DNA of 64,000 nt from Patescibacteria group bacterium (GCA_050944875.1 JBMNRW010000003.1:32260-96259); one strand, 5' to 3'. Shown: positions 17,723 through 27,388, numbered from the stretch's first letter. Notes: generated from the letters alone by a model not told the origin. Numbers and translations: made by a program.

Positions 17723-19129
17723 ATGGAACCAACCCCGAAGCAGCAAGCCGTCGACCTCTTGAAGCGCGCCAAGCGCGTCCTCGTCATGGCGCACGCCCAC
17801 CCAGACGGCGACTCGATCGGGTCGACGCTCGCTCTCACACTTGCGCTCCGGAAGCTCGGCAAAGAGGTGACGCCGGTCTGCTCCGACCCGGTGCCGGGCG
17901 TGTTCTCGTTCCTCTCGTCAATCAACGAGCTCACGAGCGAGATCCAGGGCGGGAGCGGCGAGTTCGTCGTCACCTTGAACACGGAGCAGGTCACCGTCGA
18001 CAAGCTCGGGTACAAGAACCTGCCGGACGAGAAGAAGCTCAACATCGTGATCAAGACGAGCGCCGGCGAGATCAGTCCTGAGATGTTCACGTTCTCCTCG
18101 GGGAGCGCGAGCGCGGACCTGATCGTCGTCCTCGACACGAACGACGTCGAGCGCCTGGGGAGCGTGTACGAGAAGTACGCCGAGCTCTTCTACAAGACGC
18201 CGATCGTCAACATCGACCACCACCCAGGCAACGACTACTTCGGGAAGGTGAACTGGGTCGACCTCACCGCGACGAGCACGGCCGAGATCCTCGTCTCGCT
18301 CCTGGAGTCTTTGGGCGGGGGTGGCGGAAAGACGAACACGCTCTTCGACCCGGAGATCGCGACGCTCCTCCTGACCGGCATCACGACCGACACTGGCTCC
18401 TTCCAGAACACGAACACGACGCCGAAGTCGTTCACGGTGGCGGCGCAGCTCGTCGCGGCCGGCGCGCGCCAGCAGGAGATCGTCCAGCACATCTACAAGA
18501 CGAAGCCGCTCTCAACCCTGAAGCTCTGGGGGAAGATCCTCTCGCACATCCACGAGGAGACCCCGCACCGGTTCATCTACTCGACCGCGAGCGCGAGCGA
18601 CTTCAAGCACTTCGGCGCGGCGGAGACCGAGACGAGCGGGGTCGTCGACGAGCTCCTGAAAACCGTCCCGGACATCGACTTCGCCCTCTTGCTCTCGGAG
18701 AAAGAGGGGAACCTGTATGGGAGCCTCCGTGGCGTCTCGCGCGAGGTGTCGGTGGCGGACGTCGCCGGCCTCATGGGCGGCGGCGGCCACGAGATGGCAG
18801 CGGCCTTCCGCTTGCCGGGCGGCTCGCTCGCCGACAACGAGCACGAGATTATCGAGAAGATCCGCACGTTTCAGGCGAAGCGGCTCGGTCAGCCAGTTAC
18901 GGCGCAGCCCACACCGGAGCCAGCGCCGGCCCAGCCGGCCCGCGGCCGGTTCGACGTTCCAGCGGACCAGGGCGTCTACGCGCCCGACACCCCAATTCAG
19001 GCAAAGCGGCCTGAGCCGCGCCCGTCAATTCCCTCGGCCCGTTCCCTGGGGATCGGGAGCGCCCCGGCTGATCCAGTGCCCGCGAAGCCGAAGAGCTTGA
19101 AGGACGCGCAGCAAGGGCTCACGTTCTAG
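17723..19129 (+). CDS. DHH/DHHA1 family phosphoesterase (NrnA-like oligoribonuclease/pAp phosphatase) with Pro-rich C-terminal tail
   Basis: AHAHPDGDSIGS (DHH motif), NIDHHPGN, GGGH in the DHHA1 region, then a low-complexity P/A-rich ~90 aa C-terminus. Confidence 0.8.
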   Translation: MEPTPKQQAVDLLKRAKRVLVMAHAHPDGDSIGSTLALTLALRKLGKEVTPVCSDPVPGVFSFLSSINELTSEIQGGSGEFVVTLNTEQVTVDKLGYKNLPDEKKLNIVIKTSAGEISPEMFTFSSGSASADLIVVLDTNDVERLGSVYEKYAELFYKTPIVNIDHHPGNDYFGKVNWVDLTATSTAEILVSLLESLGGGGGKTNTLFDPEIATLLLTGITTDTGSFQNTNTTPKSFTVAAQLVAAGARQQEIVQHIYKTKPLSTLKLWGKILSHIHEETPHRFIYSTASASDFKHFGAAETETSGVVDELLKTVPDIDFALLLSEKEGNLYGSLRGVSREVSVADVAGLMGGGGHEMAAAFRLPGGSLADNEHEIIEKIRTFQAKRLGQPVTAQPTPEPAPAQPARGRFDVPADQGVYAPDTPIQAKRPEPRPSIPSARSLGIGSAPADPVPAKPKSLKDAQQGLTF

Positions 19130-19222
19130 CTTGCACCATTCGCCACGGCGTGCTACACTGCGCCGTGACGCGCTCCAGGTACGGAGCACATATTGAGTAG
19201 TCTGAAACAGGAGAACGCTCCC

Positions 19223-19543
19223 ATGGCCACGAAGAAGGATACCGAGAAGACGGTGAAGCCGGCAGCGAAGAAGACGACCGCGAAGAGCGCGCCGGCGACC
19301 TCGCTCGTGTCGAAGTACCAGTCGCACAAGACGGACACTGGCTCGACGGAAGTGCAGATCGCGCGGCTGTCCGAGCAGATTGACGAGCTCGGCGTCCACT
19401 TGAAGCAGCACGCGAAGGACCACGACTCCCGCCGCGGGCTCCTCATCATGGTCGGGAAGCGTCGCCGCCTCCTGAACTACCTGAAGCGGAGCGACGAGGC
19501 CGGCTACCAGAAGCTCATCGCCGACCTGAAGCTCCGAAAGTAA
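19223..19543 (+). CDS. rpsO: 30S ribosomal protein S15 with Lys-rich N-terminal extension
   Basis: [51 protein letters not shown] core. ATG at 19223 after AGGAG. About 20-aa K/A-rich leader peptide. Confidence 0.8.
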   Translation: MATKKDTEKTVKPAAKKTTAKSAPATSLVSKYQSHKTDTGSTEVQIARLSEQIDELGVHLKQHAKDHDSRRGLLIMVGKRRRLLNYLKRSDEAGYQKLIADLKLRK

Positions 19544-19558
19544 GCCAGTGCACCGAAC

Positions 19559-19584
19559 GAAGCGCCTGGAATCCCAGGCGCTTC
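19559..19584 (+). terminator. perfect 11-bp hairpin (GAAGCGCCTGG aatc CCAGGCGCTTC) between rpsO and pnp; terminator or processing site
   Basis: Read directly. Only a weak U-tract follows. Confidence 0.45.
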
Positions 19585-19711
19585 TGCTATGCAGCGCACT
19601 CCTGTTCGTGTACGATGGAGCCACTAGTACGTAGCGAGGTCATCTGTGCACGCGAACGACGCTCCGAGCGGAGCGTGGCCGCCTGTACAGATCGCCTCGA
19701 GAAAGAGGCAC

Positions 19712-21853
19712 ATGGAAAAGACGGTGTACACCGCTGAGTTCGGTGGGAAACCGGTGACGTTGACGCTCGGCACGGTCGCTGAGCAGGCGGACGGGGCAGT
19801 CCTCGTCCAGTACGGCGAGACCGTCGTGCTCGTCACGGCAGTCGTGTCGGATTCAGTCCGTGACGGGATCGACTTCTTCCCGCTCATGGTCGACTACGAG
19901 GAACGGCTTTACGCGGCCGGGAAGATCTCGGGTTCACGGTTCATTAAGCGTGAAGGGCGACCCTCCGAGACCGCGATCTTGAACGCCCGGCTCATCGACC
20001 GGCCGATCCGCCCGCTCTTCCCGAAGGGGTACCGGAACGACGTCCAGGTGATCGCGACCGTCCTCTCGATGGACGGCGAGAACGACCCAGACATGCCGGC
20101 GATGCTCGGCGCCTCGGTGGCCCTCATGGTGAGCCCGGCGCCGTTCGAAGGCCCGATCGTCGGGATGCGCGTCGGTTTGACGCAGGACGGGCAGTTCATC
20201 ATGAACCCGACCCTGAAGGAGCAGGACGTCTCTGACCTCGACATCGTCGTCGCCGCCAAGCGCGACCGGATCATGATGCTCGAGGCGGGCGCGAACCAGG
20301 TGCCAGAGGCGAAGGTCGCCGAGGCGATCGAGGCCGCGCACGCTGCCATGCAGCCGCTTTTCGACCTGCAGGAGCAGATCGCTAAGGAGCTCGGCGCTGA
20401 GAAGCCGACCGTCGTCCCGGTCATCTCCGAAATCGTCGCGGACGTGAAGGAACGGATCGGCGAGAAGATCGCCGCCGCGGTCCGTGAGCAGGACAAGGTG
20501 AAGCGCACGGCGCTCATCGCCGAGTACGAAGCCGAGGTGCTGTCAGCGTTCGAGGGCAACTACAAGCAGGTTGACCTCAAGAGCACCTTCGGCGCGCTCG
20601 TCGAGAAGGCGGTCCGGCAGTCAATTCTCCGTGACGGCGTCCGACCGGACGGCCGGAGCTTCGACCAGATTCGCGAGCTTAAGGCCGAGGTCGGCCTCCT
20701 CCCACGCACCCACGGCTCGGCACTCTTCTCGCGCGGTCAGACGCAGGTTCTCTCGATCGTCACCCTCGGTGGCCCCGGCGAAGAGCAGATGATCGACACG
20801 ATGGAGGAAGAGGGTGAGAAGCGGTTCATGCACCACTACAACTTCCCGCCGTTCTCGGTTGGCGAGGTGAAGCCGCTCCGCTCTGTCGGCCGACGCGAGA
20901 TCGGCCACGGCGCGCTCGCGGAGCGGGCAGTCGCGGCGATCATCCCGGACAAAGAGGTGTTCCCGTACACGATCCGTGTTGTCTCCGAGACCCTGAGCTC
21001 AAACGGCTCGTCTTCAATGGCGAGTACCTGCGCGGCGATGCTCGCGCTCATGGACGCTGGCGTGCCGGTGAAGGCTGTTGTTGGCGGCATGGCGATCGGC
21101 CTCATGACCGACGAGGGCTTCGACGAGGACCCGACGAAGCCGTACCAGCTCCTGACTGACATCCAGGGGATCGAGGACTTCGGCGGCGACATGGACTTCA
21201 AGGTAACCGGCACGAAGGACGGCATTACCGCCATCCAGCTCGACATGAAGGTGAAGGGGTTGCCGATGTCGATCGTCCGCGAGACGCTCGACCGCGCCCG
21301 TGACGCCCGCGCAAAGGCGATCGACTTTATGGTTGGCGTCCTCCCTGAGGCGCGGCCAGAGCTCAGCAAGTACGCGCCACGGATCCTCACGGTGAAGATC
21401 CCGGTCGAGAAGATCGGCGAGCTCATTGGGCCGGGCGGCAAGAACATCAACGGTATCATCGAGCGCGCGGGCGGTAAGACGCTCGTCGAGATCAACATCG
21501 CCGAGGACGGCACGGTCTCGATCATCGCGATCGACGCTGAAGCTGGTGAGAAGGCGCGTGCAATGGTCGAGGGGCAGATGAAGGAAGCGGTTGTCGGCGA
21601 GGTCTACGACGGCGTCGTGACCGGCATCCAGAAGAATCGCATGAGCGGGCAAGAGATCGGCGCGATCGTCGAGTTCCTCCCGGGCAAGGACGGCATGGTC
21701 CATATTTCAGAGGTTTCGGACCAGCGTATTCCGACGGTTTCCTCGGTACTCAAGGTCGGCGATAAGGTGAAGGTGAAGGTCAAAGAAGTCGACCGAGAAC
21801 GCGGACGCGTCTCGCTCTCGATCAAGGCAGCGAAGCAGGCTCCGCAGCAGTAA
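19712..21853 (+). CDS. pnp: polyribonucleotide nucleotidyltransferase (PNPase)
   Basis: Two RNase PH-like domains, KH (GPGGKNINGIIERAGG) and S1 domains. ATG at 19712 after GAGAAAGAGG. Confidence 0.9.
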   Translation: MEKTVYTAEFGGKPVTLTLGTVAEQADGAVLVQYGETVVLVTAVVSDSVRDGIDFFPLMVDYEERLYAAGKISGSRFIKREGRPSETAILNARLIDRPIRPLFPKGYRNDVQVIATVLSMDGENDPDMPAMLGASVALMVSPAPFEGPIVGMRVGLTQDGQFIMNPTLKEQDVSDLDIVVAAKRDRIMMLEAGANQVPEAKVAEAIEAAHAAMQPLFDLQEQIAKELGAEKPTVVPVISEIVADVKERIGEKIAAAVREQDKVKRTALIAEYEAEVLSAFEGNYKQVDLKSTFGALVEKAVRQSILRDGVRPDGRSFDQIRELKAEVGLLPRTHGSALFSRGQTQVLSIVTLGGPGEEQMIDTMEEEGEKRFMHHYNFPPFSVGEVKPLRSVGRREIGHGALAERAVAAIIPDKEVFPYTIRVVSETLSSNGSSSMASTCAAMLALMDAGVPVKAVVGGMAIGLMTDEGFDEDPTKPYQLLTDIQGIEDFGGDMDFKVTGTKDGITAIQLDMKVKGLPMSIVRETLDRARDARAKAIDFMVGVLPEARPELSKYAPRILTVKIPVEKIGELIGPGGKNINGIIERAGGKTLVEINIAEDGTVSIIAIDAEAGEKARAMVEGQMKEAVVGEVYDGVVTGIQKNRMSGQEIGAIVEFLPGKDGMVHISEVSDQRIPTVSSVLKVGDKVKVKVKEVDRERGRVSLSIKAAKQAPQQ

Positions 21854-21866
21854 CTTTGAATACCTC

Positions 21867-21905
21867 AACACAAGAGCGACCAGTCGGTCGCTCTTGTGTT
21901 TTTCC
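21867..21905 (+). terminator. strong rho-independent terminator
   Basis: 15-bp stem AACACAAGAGCGACC / GGTCGCTCTTGTGTT, loop agtc, then TTTCC. Confidence 0.7.
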
Positions 21906-21907
21906 TG

Positions 21908-22249
21908 ATGGAAGATATGCTCCTACTGTTTTCGGAGCCCGAAGATGATTTCGGCACCTTCACAAATGGAAACGCAAGGTGCCTCCATGAGGAGGTGATT
22001 GGAGTGGATTTGCCACCGGGTTTTATCGAGCTGCCCGAGCATGTGACGCAGGAGCACTGCTTTCTGCTAAACACTGTTCCGTACATGCTACTCGGCATTT
22101 CGCACGCGCAGAATCAAGTCGAACTAGACGTGTGGAGCATGCGAATGGCCCAGCTCAACAGTAGTCGATGTGCTGTTGCGCTCGATGGTCTGCGTATCGT
22201 GTCGTTCGCCTTGCTGAGGCGGCGGCGGGAGTTGGCCAATATATCATAG
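21908..22249 (+). CDS. hypothetical protein (lower-GC ORF)
   Basis: ATG at 21908 within ORF 21896..22249. Codon third positions noticeably AT-richer than neighbours. No motif recognised. Confidence 0.3.
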   Translation: MEDMLLLFSEPEDDFGTFTNGNARCLHEEVIGVDLPPGFIELPEHVTQEHCFLLNTVPYMLLGISHAQNQVELDVWSMRMAQLNSSRCAVALDGLRIVSFALLRRRRELANIS

Positions 22250-22320
22250 TATATGAGGAAGTTGTTTTGGGGTCCGGATTCGTCCGGGCCTCTTCTCTTT
22301 GTGTAATTGCCGCTCAATCG

Positions 22321-22329
22321 TGGTATAAT
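22321..22329 (+). promoter_or_regulatory. consensus extended -10 (TGgTATAAT) 8 nt upstream of the ATG; implies leaderless mRNA
   Basis: Read directly. No SD between the box and the start codon at 22338. Confidence 0.55.
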
Positions 22330-22337
22330 TAATTATT

Positions 22338-22694
22338 ATGGCAGACGCGCTCACTCGTCGGTGGTGCGTGCCGTGCGAAGGGGGAATGTCACCGCTCCCA
22401 CGAGAACAGGCCGGGGCGCTCTTCTCGGAGCTCCCGGACGGCTGGGTACTCGGAGAGGCGTCGCTTGACGCGTCGTTCCTGTTCCGTACTTACCTGGACG
22501 GGATCGCGTTCGTGAACCGGGTCGCCGAGCTTGCGGAAGCAGAGGGGCACCACCCGGATATCGCTGTCCATTGCCGGCAGGTTCGACTCACACTTACGAC
22601 GCACGCAGTGAAGGGGCTCTCGGAGAATGACTTCATCCTCGCCGCCAAGGTGTCTCAACTGGTTTCGAACGGGGAGATCGTTTCTCCACATTGA
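22338..22694 (+). CDS. phhB: pterin-4-alpha-carbinolamine dehydratase (PCD/DCoH)
   Basis: EGHHPD and THAVKGLSENDF signature. 118 aa. Confidence 0.75.
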   Translation: MADALTRRWCVPCEGGMSPLPREQAGALFSELPDGWVLGEASLDASFLFRTYLDGIAFVNRVAELAEAEGHHPDIAVHCRQVRLTLTTHAVKGLSENDFILAAKVSQLVSNGEIVSPH

Positions 22695-22969
22695 CATTCG
22701 GGCTGTTTTCAAGTAAGATACATCCGTTTTGAGGGTCTCTCGGGGGTAGGTTTGGAGGGTAATCGCGCTCGGCGATTCCTACGTTCGATGCACGGACGTC
22801 AGTTTTTCTTGGGTGAAGTAGGTTTGACACCAGATGGGGGAGAAGCGTTTAGCATGGGTATTGTGCCTTAGAGGTACGATGACCGCGCTACGCACTGCTC
22901 TCTCAACTAATAACGCAGTGTTCGCGCGTGTTACCGCGCACAAAACCGAGATAAAGGAACTCTACACTT

Positions 22970-25003
22970 ATGGCATTGACTGCCTACCACGCCTCGCTCC
23001 AGCCTGAGAAGGGCGGCGACGGCTCAGAAAAACCAAAGAGCGACCAACCACGTCGTCCGCGTCGCGATTTTCAGCATCGCAACGGGAAGCCGCGCACCTT
23101 CGGCGCCGCCTCCGGCCAACCGACGCAGCAGAAACCAGGAGCGAATGGGGGCCACGGCCGCCGCGACCAGGCGAACGGCCATGCTCAGAGTAATAACAAT
23201 GGTAACGGGAACGGCCGACGGAAGTCCGGCGGCATGAACCGTATCCGCCCACCGAAAAAGCGGCTCGAGCAGAAGCCCGAGACGCCGGGGATTCGCCTGA
23301 CCTCTGCCGCTGACGCGCCGGCCGCCCGTTCGTACAAGGCGCCGCAGAAGAAGCTCCGCGTCATTCCCCTGGGTGGTATGGGTGAAGTCGGTATGAACAT
23401 GACCGCCTTCGAGTACGCCTCGGATATGATCGTCGTTGACGGCGGCGGGCTCTTCCCGTCTGATCGCATGCCGGGCATCGACCTCGTCATCCCGGACATC
23501 ACGTACGTCCTCGAGAACGCGCACAAGCTTCGGGCGCTCTTCATCACGCACGGCCACGAGGACCACATCTCCGGCCTCCCGTACATTGTGCCGCGCCTCC
23601 CGGCGAACGTGCCGATCTACGCGCTGCCACTGACGGCCGCACTCATCGAGGCGAAGTTCAAAGAGCACAACATCTCGAAGAAGGTGACGGTCGTCCACGC
23701 TCGTGACACGATCACGCATGGCGTGTTCAAGGTGGATATCTTCACCCTGACGCACACCATTCCTGACAACGTCGGCTTTGGCATCCACACGCCGGAAGGC
23801 CTGATCGCCTACACGACCGACTGGAAGTTCGACCACACCCCGATCTGGGGCGAGCCCTCGGACTACGCGAAGCTCGTCTCGATGAGTAATGAGGGCGTCC
23901 TCCTGCACATGTCCGACTCGACGAACGCCGATATCCCAGGCTACACCATCTCGGAGCGCGTCGTCGCGCAGGACATTGAGAAGATTTTCAAGGAGAAGAC
24001 GGACGGGCGCATCATCATGAGCTCGTTCGCCTCGAACATCAACCGCATCCAGATCGCGATCAACCTGAGCGCCAAGTACGGGCGCAAGCTCGCGGTCTCG
24101 GGCCGCTCGATGGACCGGAACGTCAACGTGTGTCTCCAGCTCGGCTACGTGAAGGCGCCGAAGGATATCTTCGTCGACATTAAGAACATCGGGAACATCC
24201 CGAACCACAAGCTCACGATCCTCTGTACTGGCTCGCAGGGCGAAGAGTACTCGGCGCTCGTCCGGATGGCCTCCGGTGAGCACCGGCAGGTGAAGCTCAC
24301 GAAGGGCGACACGGTCGTCATCTCGGCGTCGCGTATTCCGGGCAACGAGCACGCGATCTTCGAGACGATCGACAACCTGTTCCGTGCTGGCGCTGACGTC
24401 GTCCACGGTGGTGAGCTCGACATCCACACCTCGGGGCACGCGAAGCAGGAAGAGCTGAAGATGATGATCGCGATGCTCAAGCCCCGCTTCTTCATGCCGC
24501 TCCACGGTGAGTACCGCATGCTTAAAGAGCACGCGAAGCTTGCGATCAAGATGGGTGTCGACCCGAAGAACGTCTACGTCGGCGAGAACGGCGCCGTCCT
24601 CGAGTTCGAGAACGGCCGGGCGAGCTGGGGGACGAAGGTCCAGGCCGACTACGTCATGATCGACGGCTTGGGCATTGGCGACGTCGGGCAGATCGTGCTT
24701 CGAGACCGCGTCGCGATGGCCGAGGAAGGGATCTTCATGGTCATCATGACGGTCGACAAGAAGCAGGGGAACCTCATCTCGAGCCCGGACATCATCTCGC
24801 GCGGCTTCGTGTACATGCGTGACGCCAAGGAGCTCATCGGGAAGGCTCGCCACGAGGTGAAGCGTCTTTTCGAGCGCCACAGCACAGCGCAGCCCTTGGA
24901 CTGGGAGTACGTCAAGCGTGAGCTCCGCGACGACCTCGTGAAGTTCCTCTACGAGTACACCCAGCGCCAGCCGATGGTGATCCCGGTCGTCATCGAGGTG
25001 TAG
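22970..25003 (+). CDS. rnj: ribonuclease J with ~125-aa basic low-complexity N-terminal extension
   Basis: Metallo-beta-lactamase HGHEDH motif, beta-CASP region, RNase J C-terminal domain. N-terminus is R/G/N/K/P-rich (RRPRRDFQHRNGKPRTF, NNNGNGNGRRKSGG). Confidence 0.85.
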   Translation: MALTAYHASLQPEKGGDGSEKPKSDQPRRPRRDFQHRNGKPRTFGAASGQPTQQKPGANGGHGRRDQANGHAQSNNNGNGNGRRKSGGMNRIRPPKKRLEQKPETPGIRLTSAADAPAARSYKAPQKKLRVIPLGGMGEVGMNMTAFEYASDMIVVDGGGLFPSDRMPGIDLVIPDITYVLENAHKLRALFITHGHEDHISGLPYIVPRLPANVPIYALPLTAALIEAKFKEHNISKKVTVVHARDTITHGVFKVDIFTLTHTIPDNVGFGIHTPEGLIAYTTDWKFDHTPIWGEPSDYAKLVSMSNEGVLLHMSDSTNADIPGYTISERVVAQDIEKIFKEKTDGRIIMSSFASNINRIQIAINLSAKYGRKLAVSGRSMDRNVNVCLQLGYVKAPKDIFVDIKNIGNIPNHKLTILCTGSQGEEYSALVRMASGEHRQVKLTKGDTVVISASRIPGNEHAIFETIDNLFRAGADVVHGGELDIHTSGHAKQEELKMMIAMLKPRFFMPLHGEYRMLKEHAKLAIKMGVDPKNVYVGENGAVLEFENGRASWGTKVQADYVMIDGLGIGDVGQIVLRDRVAMAEEGIFMVIMTVDKKQGNLISSPDIISRGFVYMRDAKELIGKARHEVKRLFERHSTAQPLDWEYVKRELRDDLVKFLYEYTQRQPMVIPVVIEV

Positions 25004-25083
25004 GGACTTGTCCGCAGTGATCCGCTTGACACGGATTACCGGCTGGAGGAAAGTATGAGTAACCTCTTTTGACCCTCCTGCAC

Positions 25084-25120
25084 GGAGCGTCGGCACCCCG
25101 CCGGCGCTCCACTTTTTGTC
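25084..25120 (+). terminator. rho-independent terminator
   Basis: GGAGCGTCGGC acccc GCCGGCGCTCC then ACTTTTTGTCTT. Confidence 0.55.
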
Positions 25121-25195
25121 TTGAGGTTGCGCTTCCGTTCGGTCTGGTACAATGCCAGTGCGTGCAGCTACGCCTACGTTCGTCTATGGAGGGGA

Positions 25196-27346
25196 ATGGC
25201 CCGCAGGAAACGCCGGACATCCAGTAAGTCACCACTCGAGTACTTCGACTGGTCGATCCACCCCGACACCTTGCGCGAGGTGATGGCGGCCGGGTTCGTC
25301 GTTGCCGGCTTGATCGCCTTGCTGGCCCTCTTCGGGAAAGCGGGGACGATCGGCGCCGGGCTCGACGGGTACGTCTCCCGCGTCTTCGGCGTCGTCCACT
25401 ACCTCGTACCGTTCGCCATTCTCTCGGTGGGGCTCGTCCTCTGGAACCCGGCCCGGTTCACGGTCCGCTGGACGATGGTTATGGGCTTCGGTATGCTCTT
25501 CATCTTCCTGCCGGCGCTCCTCTCGCCGTTCGGCGGGCGGGTGGGTGAGGCGTTCAGCAACCTCTTTACGCAGCTCTTGGGTGAGATCGGCGGGCTTCTG
25601 GTCCTCTTTGCCCTCGTCCTTATGGCGCTCCTCCTCATCTTTAACACGTCGCTCGCGAGCCTCTTGGAGCTCCTCGCAAGTGGCCACACGGCGGACGAGC
25701 CGCAGATCAACGACGCGACAGCTGGCGCGGGCGACGCGCGCGTCTCGGTCTTCCAGGCAGTCCGTGACAAGCTGGCTGGTTCACGCGCAGCAGTGCCAGT
25801 AGCGGGGACGCTCGAGCCGGTGCCGGTCATGAGCGGGAAGCCGGTGACGGGCGGCCCGATCGGGGACTGGCAGTTCCCACCTCTTGATCTCTTAAACCTC
25901 CCGACCGGGAAGGCAAAGGCCGGGAACGTCGTGAAGAACGTCGAAACGATCGAGAAGACGCTCAAAGACTTCGGCGTCACGGTGACGATGGGCGACGTGA
26001 ACATTGGCCCGACGGTCACGCAGTACACGCTGAAGCCGACCGAGGGCGTGAAGCTGACGACGATCACGGCGCGGGCGAACGACCTCGCGCTCGCGCTCGC
26101 GGCGCCAGCGATCCGCATTGAGGCACCGATCCCGGGCAAGGCGCTCGTCGGCATTGAGGTGCCGAACGCAGTCGCTGCCGTCGTGACCTTGCGCGAAGTC
26201 CTGGAGACGCCGGAGTTCAAGGAGGTGAAGAGCGGGCTCACGATCCCGCTGGGGCGCGACGCCGCCGGCGCGCCGATCTCCGTCGACTTAAAGAAGATGC
26301 CGCACCTCCTCATTGCCGGGTCGACCGGCTCCGGGAAGTCGATCGCGATCAATACGCTCTTGACCGGTCTCCTCTGCCAGAACGCGCCGCAGTCGCTGAA
26401 GCTCATCCTCGTCGACCCGAAGCGCGTCGAGTTCACGCCGTACAACGACATCCCGCACCTCCTGGCGCCGGTCATTACCGAGCCGGACAAGACGGTGAAT
26501 ACGCTCAAGTGGGCGATCGTCGAGATGGAGCGGCGGTACAAGCAGCTCCAGGAAGTCGGGAGCCGCGACATCGTGAGCTACAACCAGAAGCACAAGGACG
26601 CGCCACTGCCGTACATCGTCATCGTCATCGACGAGCTCGCCGACCTCATGCAGACGAGCGCGAAAGAGGTGGAGGGCGCGATCGTCCGCTTGGCGCAGAT
26701 GGCGCGCGCGGTCGGCATGCATCTCATTGTCGCCACTCAGCGGCCTTCGGTGGACGTCATTACCGGCCTCATCAAAGCGAACATCACGACGCGTATGGCG
26801 TTCGCGGTGGCGAGCCAGGTGGACTCCCGGACAATCATCGACGTCTCGGGCGCGGACAAGCTCCTCGGCCGCGGTGACATGCTCTTCCTCTCGGCGGAGT
26901 TCGCGGGTAAGCCGAAGCGCATCCAGGGCTGCCTCATCACCGAGAAGGAGATCGACGAGGTGACGGCGTTCCTGAAGGCGCAGGCGCCGGCGCAGTACGA
27001 CGAAGAGGTAGCGAACTTCTCGGCCCGGTCGGCGGGCGGTGGTGGCGGCGCCGGTGGGAACGGCGAGGTGGACGACGACCTCTTCGCTGAGGCGAAGCAG
27101 GTGGTAGTCGACGCCGGCAAGGCGTCAGCGTCACTCCTCCAGCGCCGGCTTCGCGTCGGGTACGCCCGTGCCGCGCGCCTCCTCGACATCTTGGAAGAGC
27201 AGGGTGTCATTGGGCCGGCAGACGGCGCCCGGCCGCGCGACGTGCTCGCTGGCGCCGGCATGAGCATGCCCCAGGGCCACGATTACCCGGCCATGCCGCC
27301 AGGCGGCCAAGGCGGCTACGACCAGAACCAACGCGGGCAGTTCTAG
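25196..27346 (+). CDS. ftsK: DNA translocase FtsK/SpoIIIE
   Basis: N-terminal TM helices, Walker A GSTGSGKS, C-terminal gamma winged-helix domain (LLQRRLRVGYARAARLLDILEEQGVIGP). ATG at 25196 after GGAGGGG. Confidence 0.85.
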   Translation: MARRKRRTSSKSPLEYFDWSIHPDTLREVMAAGFVVAGLIALLALFGKAGTIGAGLDGYVSRVFGVVHYLVPFAILSVGLVLWNPARFTVRWTMVMGFGMLFIFLPALLSPFGGRVGEAFSNLFTQLLGEIGGLLVLFALVLMALLLIFNTSLASLLELLASGHTADEPQINDATAGAGDARVSVFQAVRDKLAGSRAAVPVAGTLEPVPVMSGKPVTGGPIGDWQFPPLDLLNLPTGKAKAGNVVKNVETIEKTLKDFGVTVTMGDVNIGPTVTQYTLKPTEGVKLTTITARANDLALALAAPAIRIEAPIPGKALVGIEVPNAVAAVVTLREVLETPEFKEVKSGLTIPLGRDAAGAPISVDLKKMPHLLIAGSTGSGKSIAINTLLTGLLCQNAPQSLKLILVDPKRVEFTPYNDIPHLLAPVITEPDKTVNTLKWAIVEMERRYKQLQEVGSRDIVSYNQKHKDAPLPYIVIVIDELADLMQTSAKEVEGAIVRLAQMARAVGMHLIVATQRPSVDVITGLIKANITTRMAFAVASQVDSRTIIDVSGADKLLGRGDMLFLSAEFAGKPKRIQGCLITEKEIDEVTAFLKAQAPAQYDEEVANFSARSAGGGGGAGGNGEVDDDLFAEAKQVVVDAGKASASLLQRRLRVGYARAARLLDILEEQGVIGPADGARPRDVLAGAGMSMPQGHDYPAMPPGGQGGYDQNQRGQF

Positions 27347-27357
27347 CAATACGTTTG

Positions 27358-27388
27358 GCTCCTGGCGGTTGCCGCCAGGAGCTTTCGA
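27358..27388 (+). terminator. rho-independent terminator
   Basis: GCTCCTGGCGG ttg CCGCCAGGAGC then TTTCGATT. Confidence 0.65.

Noticed and set aside
19144-19167. Inverted repeat CACGGCG-N10-CGCCGTG bracketing the TGcTACACT box upstream of rpsO (possible S15 autoregulatory element)
   Set aside because: If the -10 is real, the transcription start would fall inside the 3' arm, so the hairpin could not form in the mRNA. It may be a DNA-level operator or chance, and the evidence is too thin.
23024-25096. Very long antisense ORFs opposite real genes (690 aa opposite rnj; also 49178..51046 opposite the helicase, 30940..32661 opposite ppsA, 43934..45211 opposite GT4, 46643..47821 opposite dnaX, 9197..10018, 9952..10998)
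   Set aside because: Their translations are Arg/Ala/Gly/Pro-rich low-complexity strings with poor third-position GC bias. Open antisense frames are expected in a genome this GC-rich, and the sense-strand genes have unambiguous conserved motifs.
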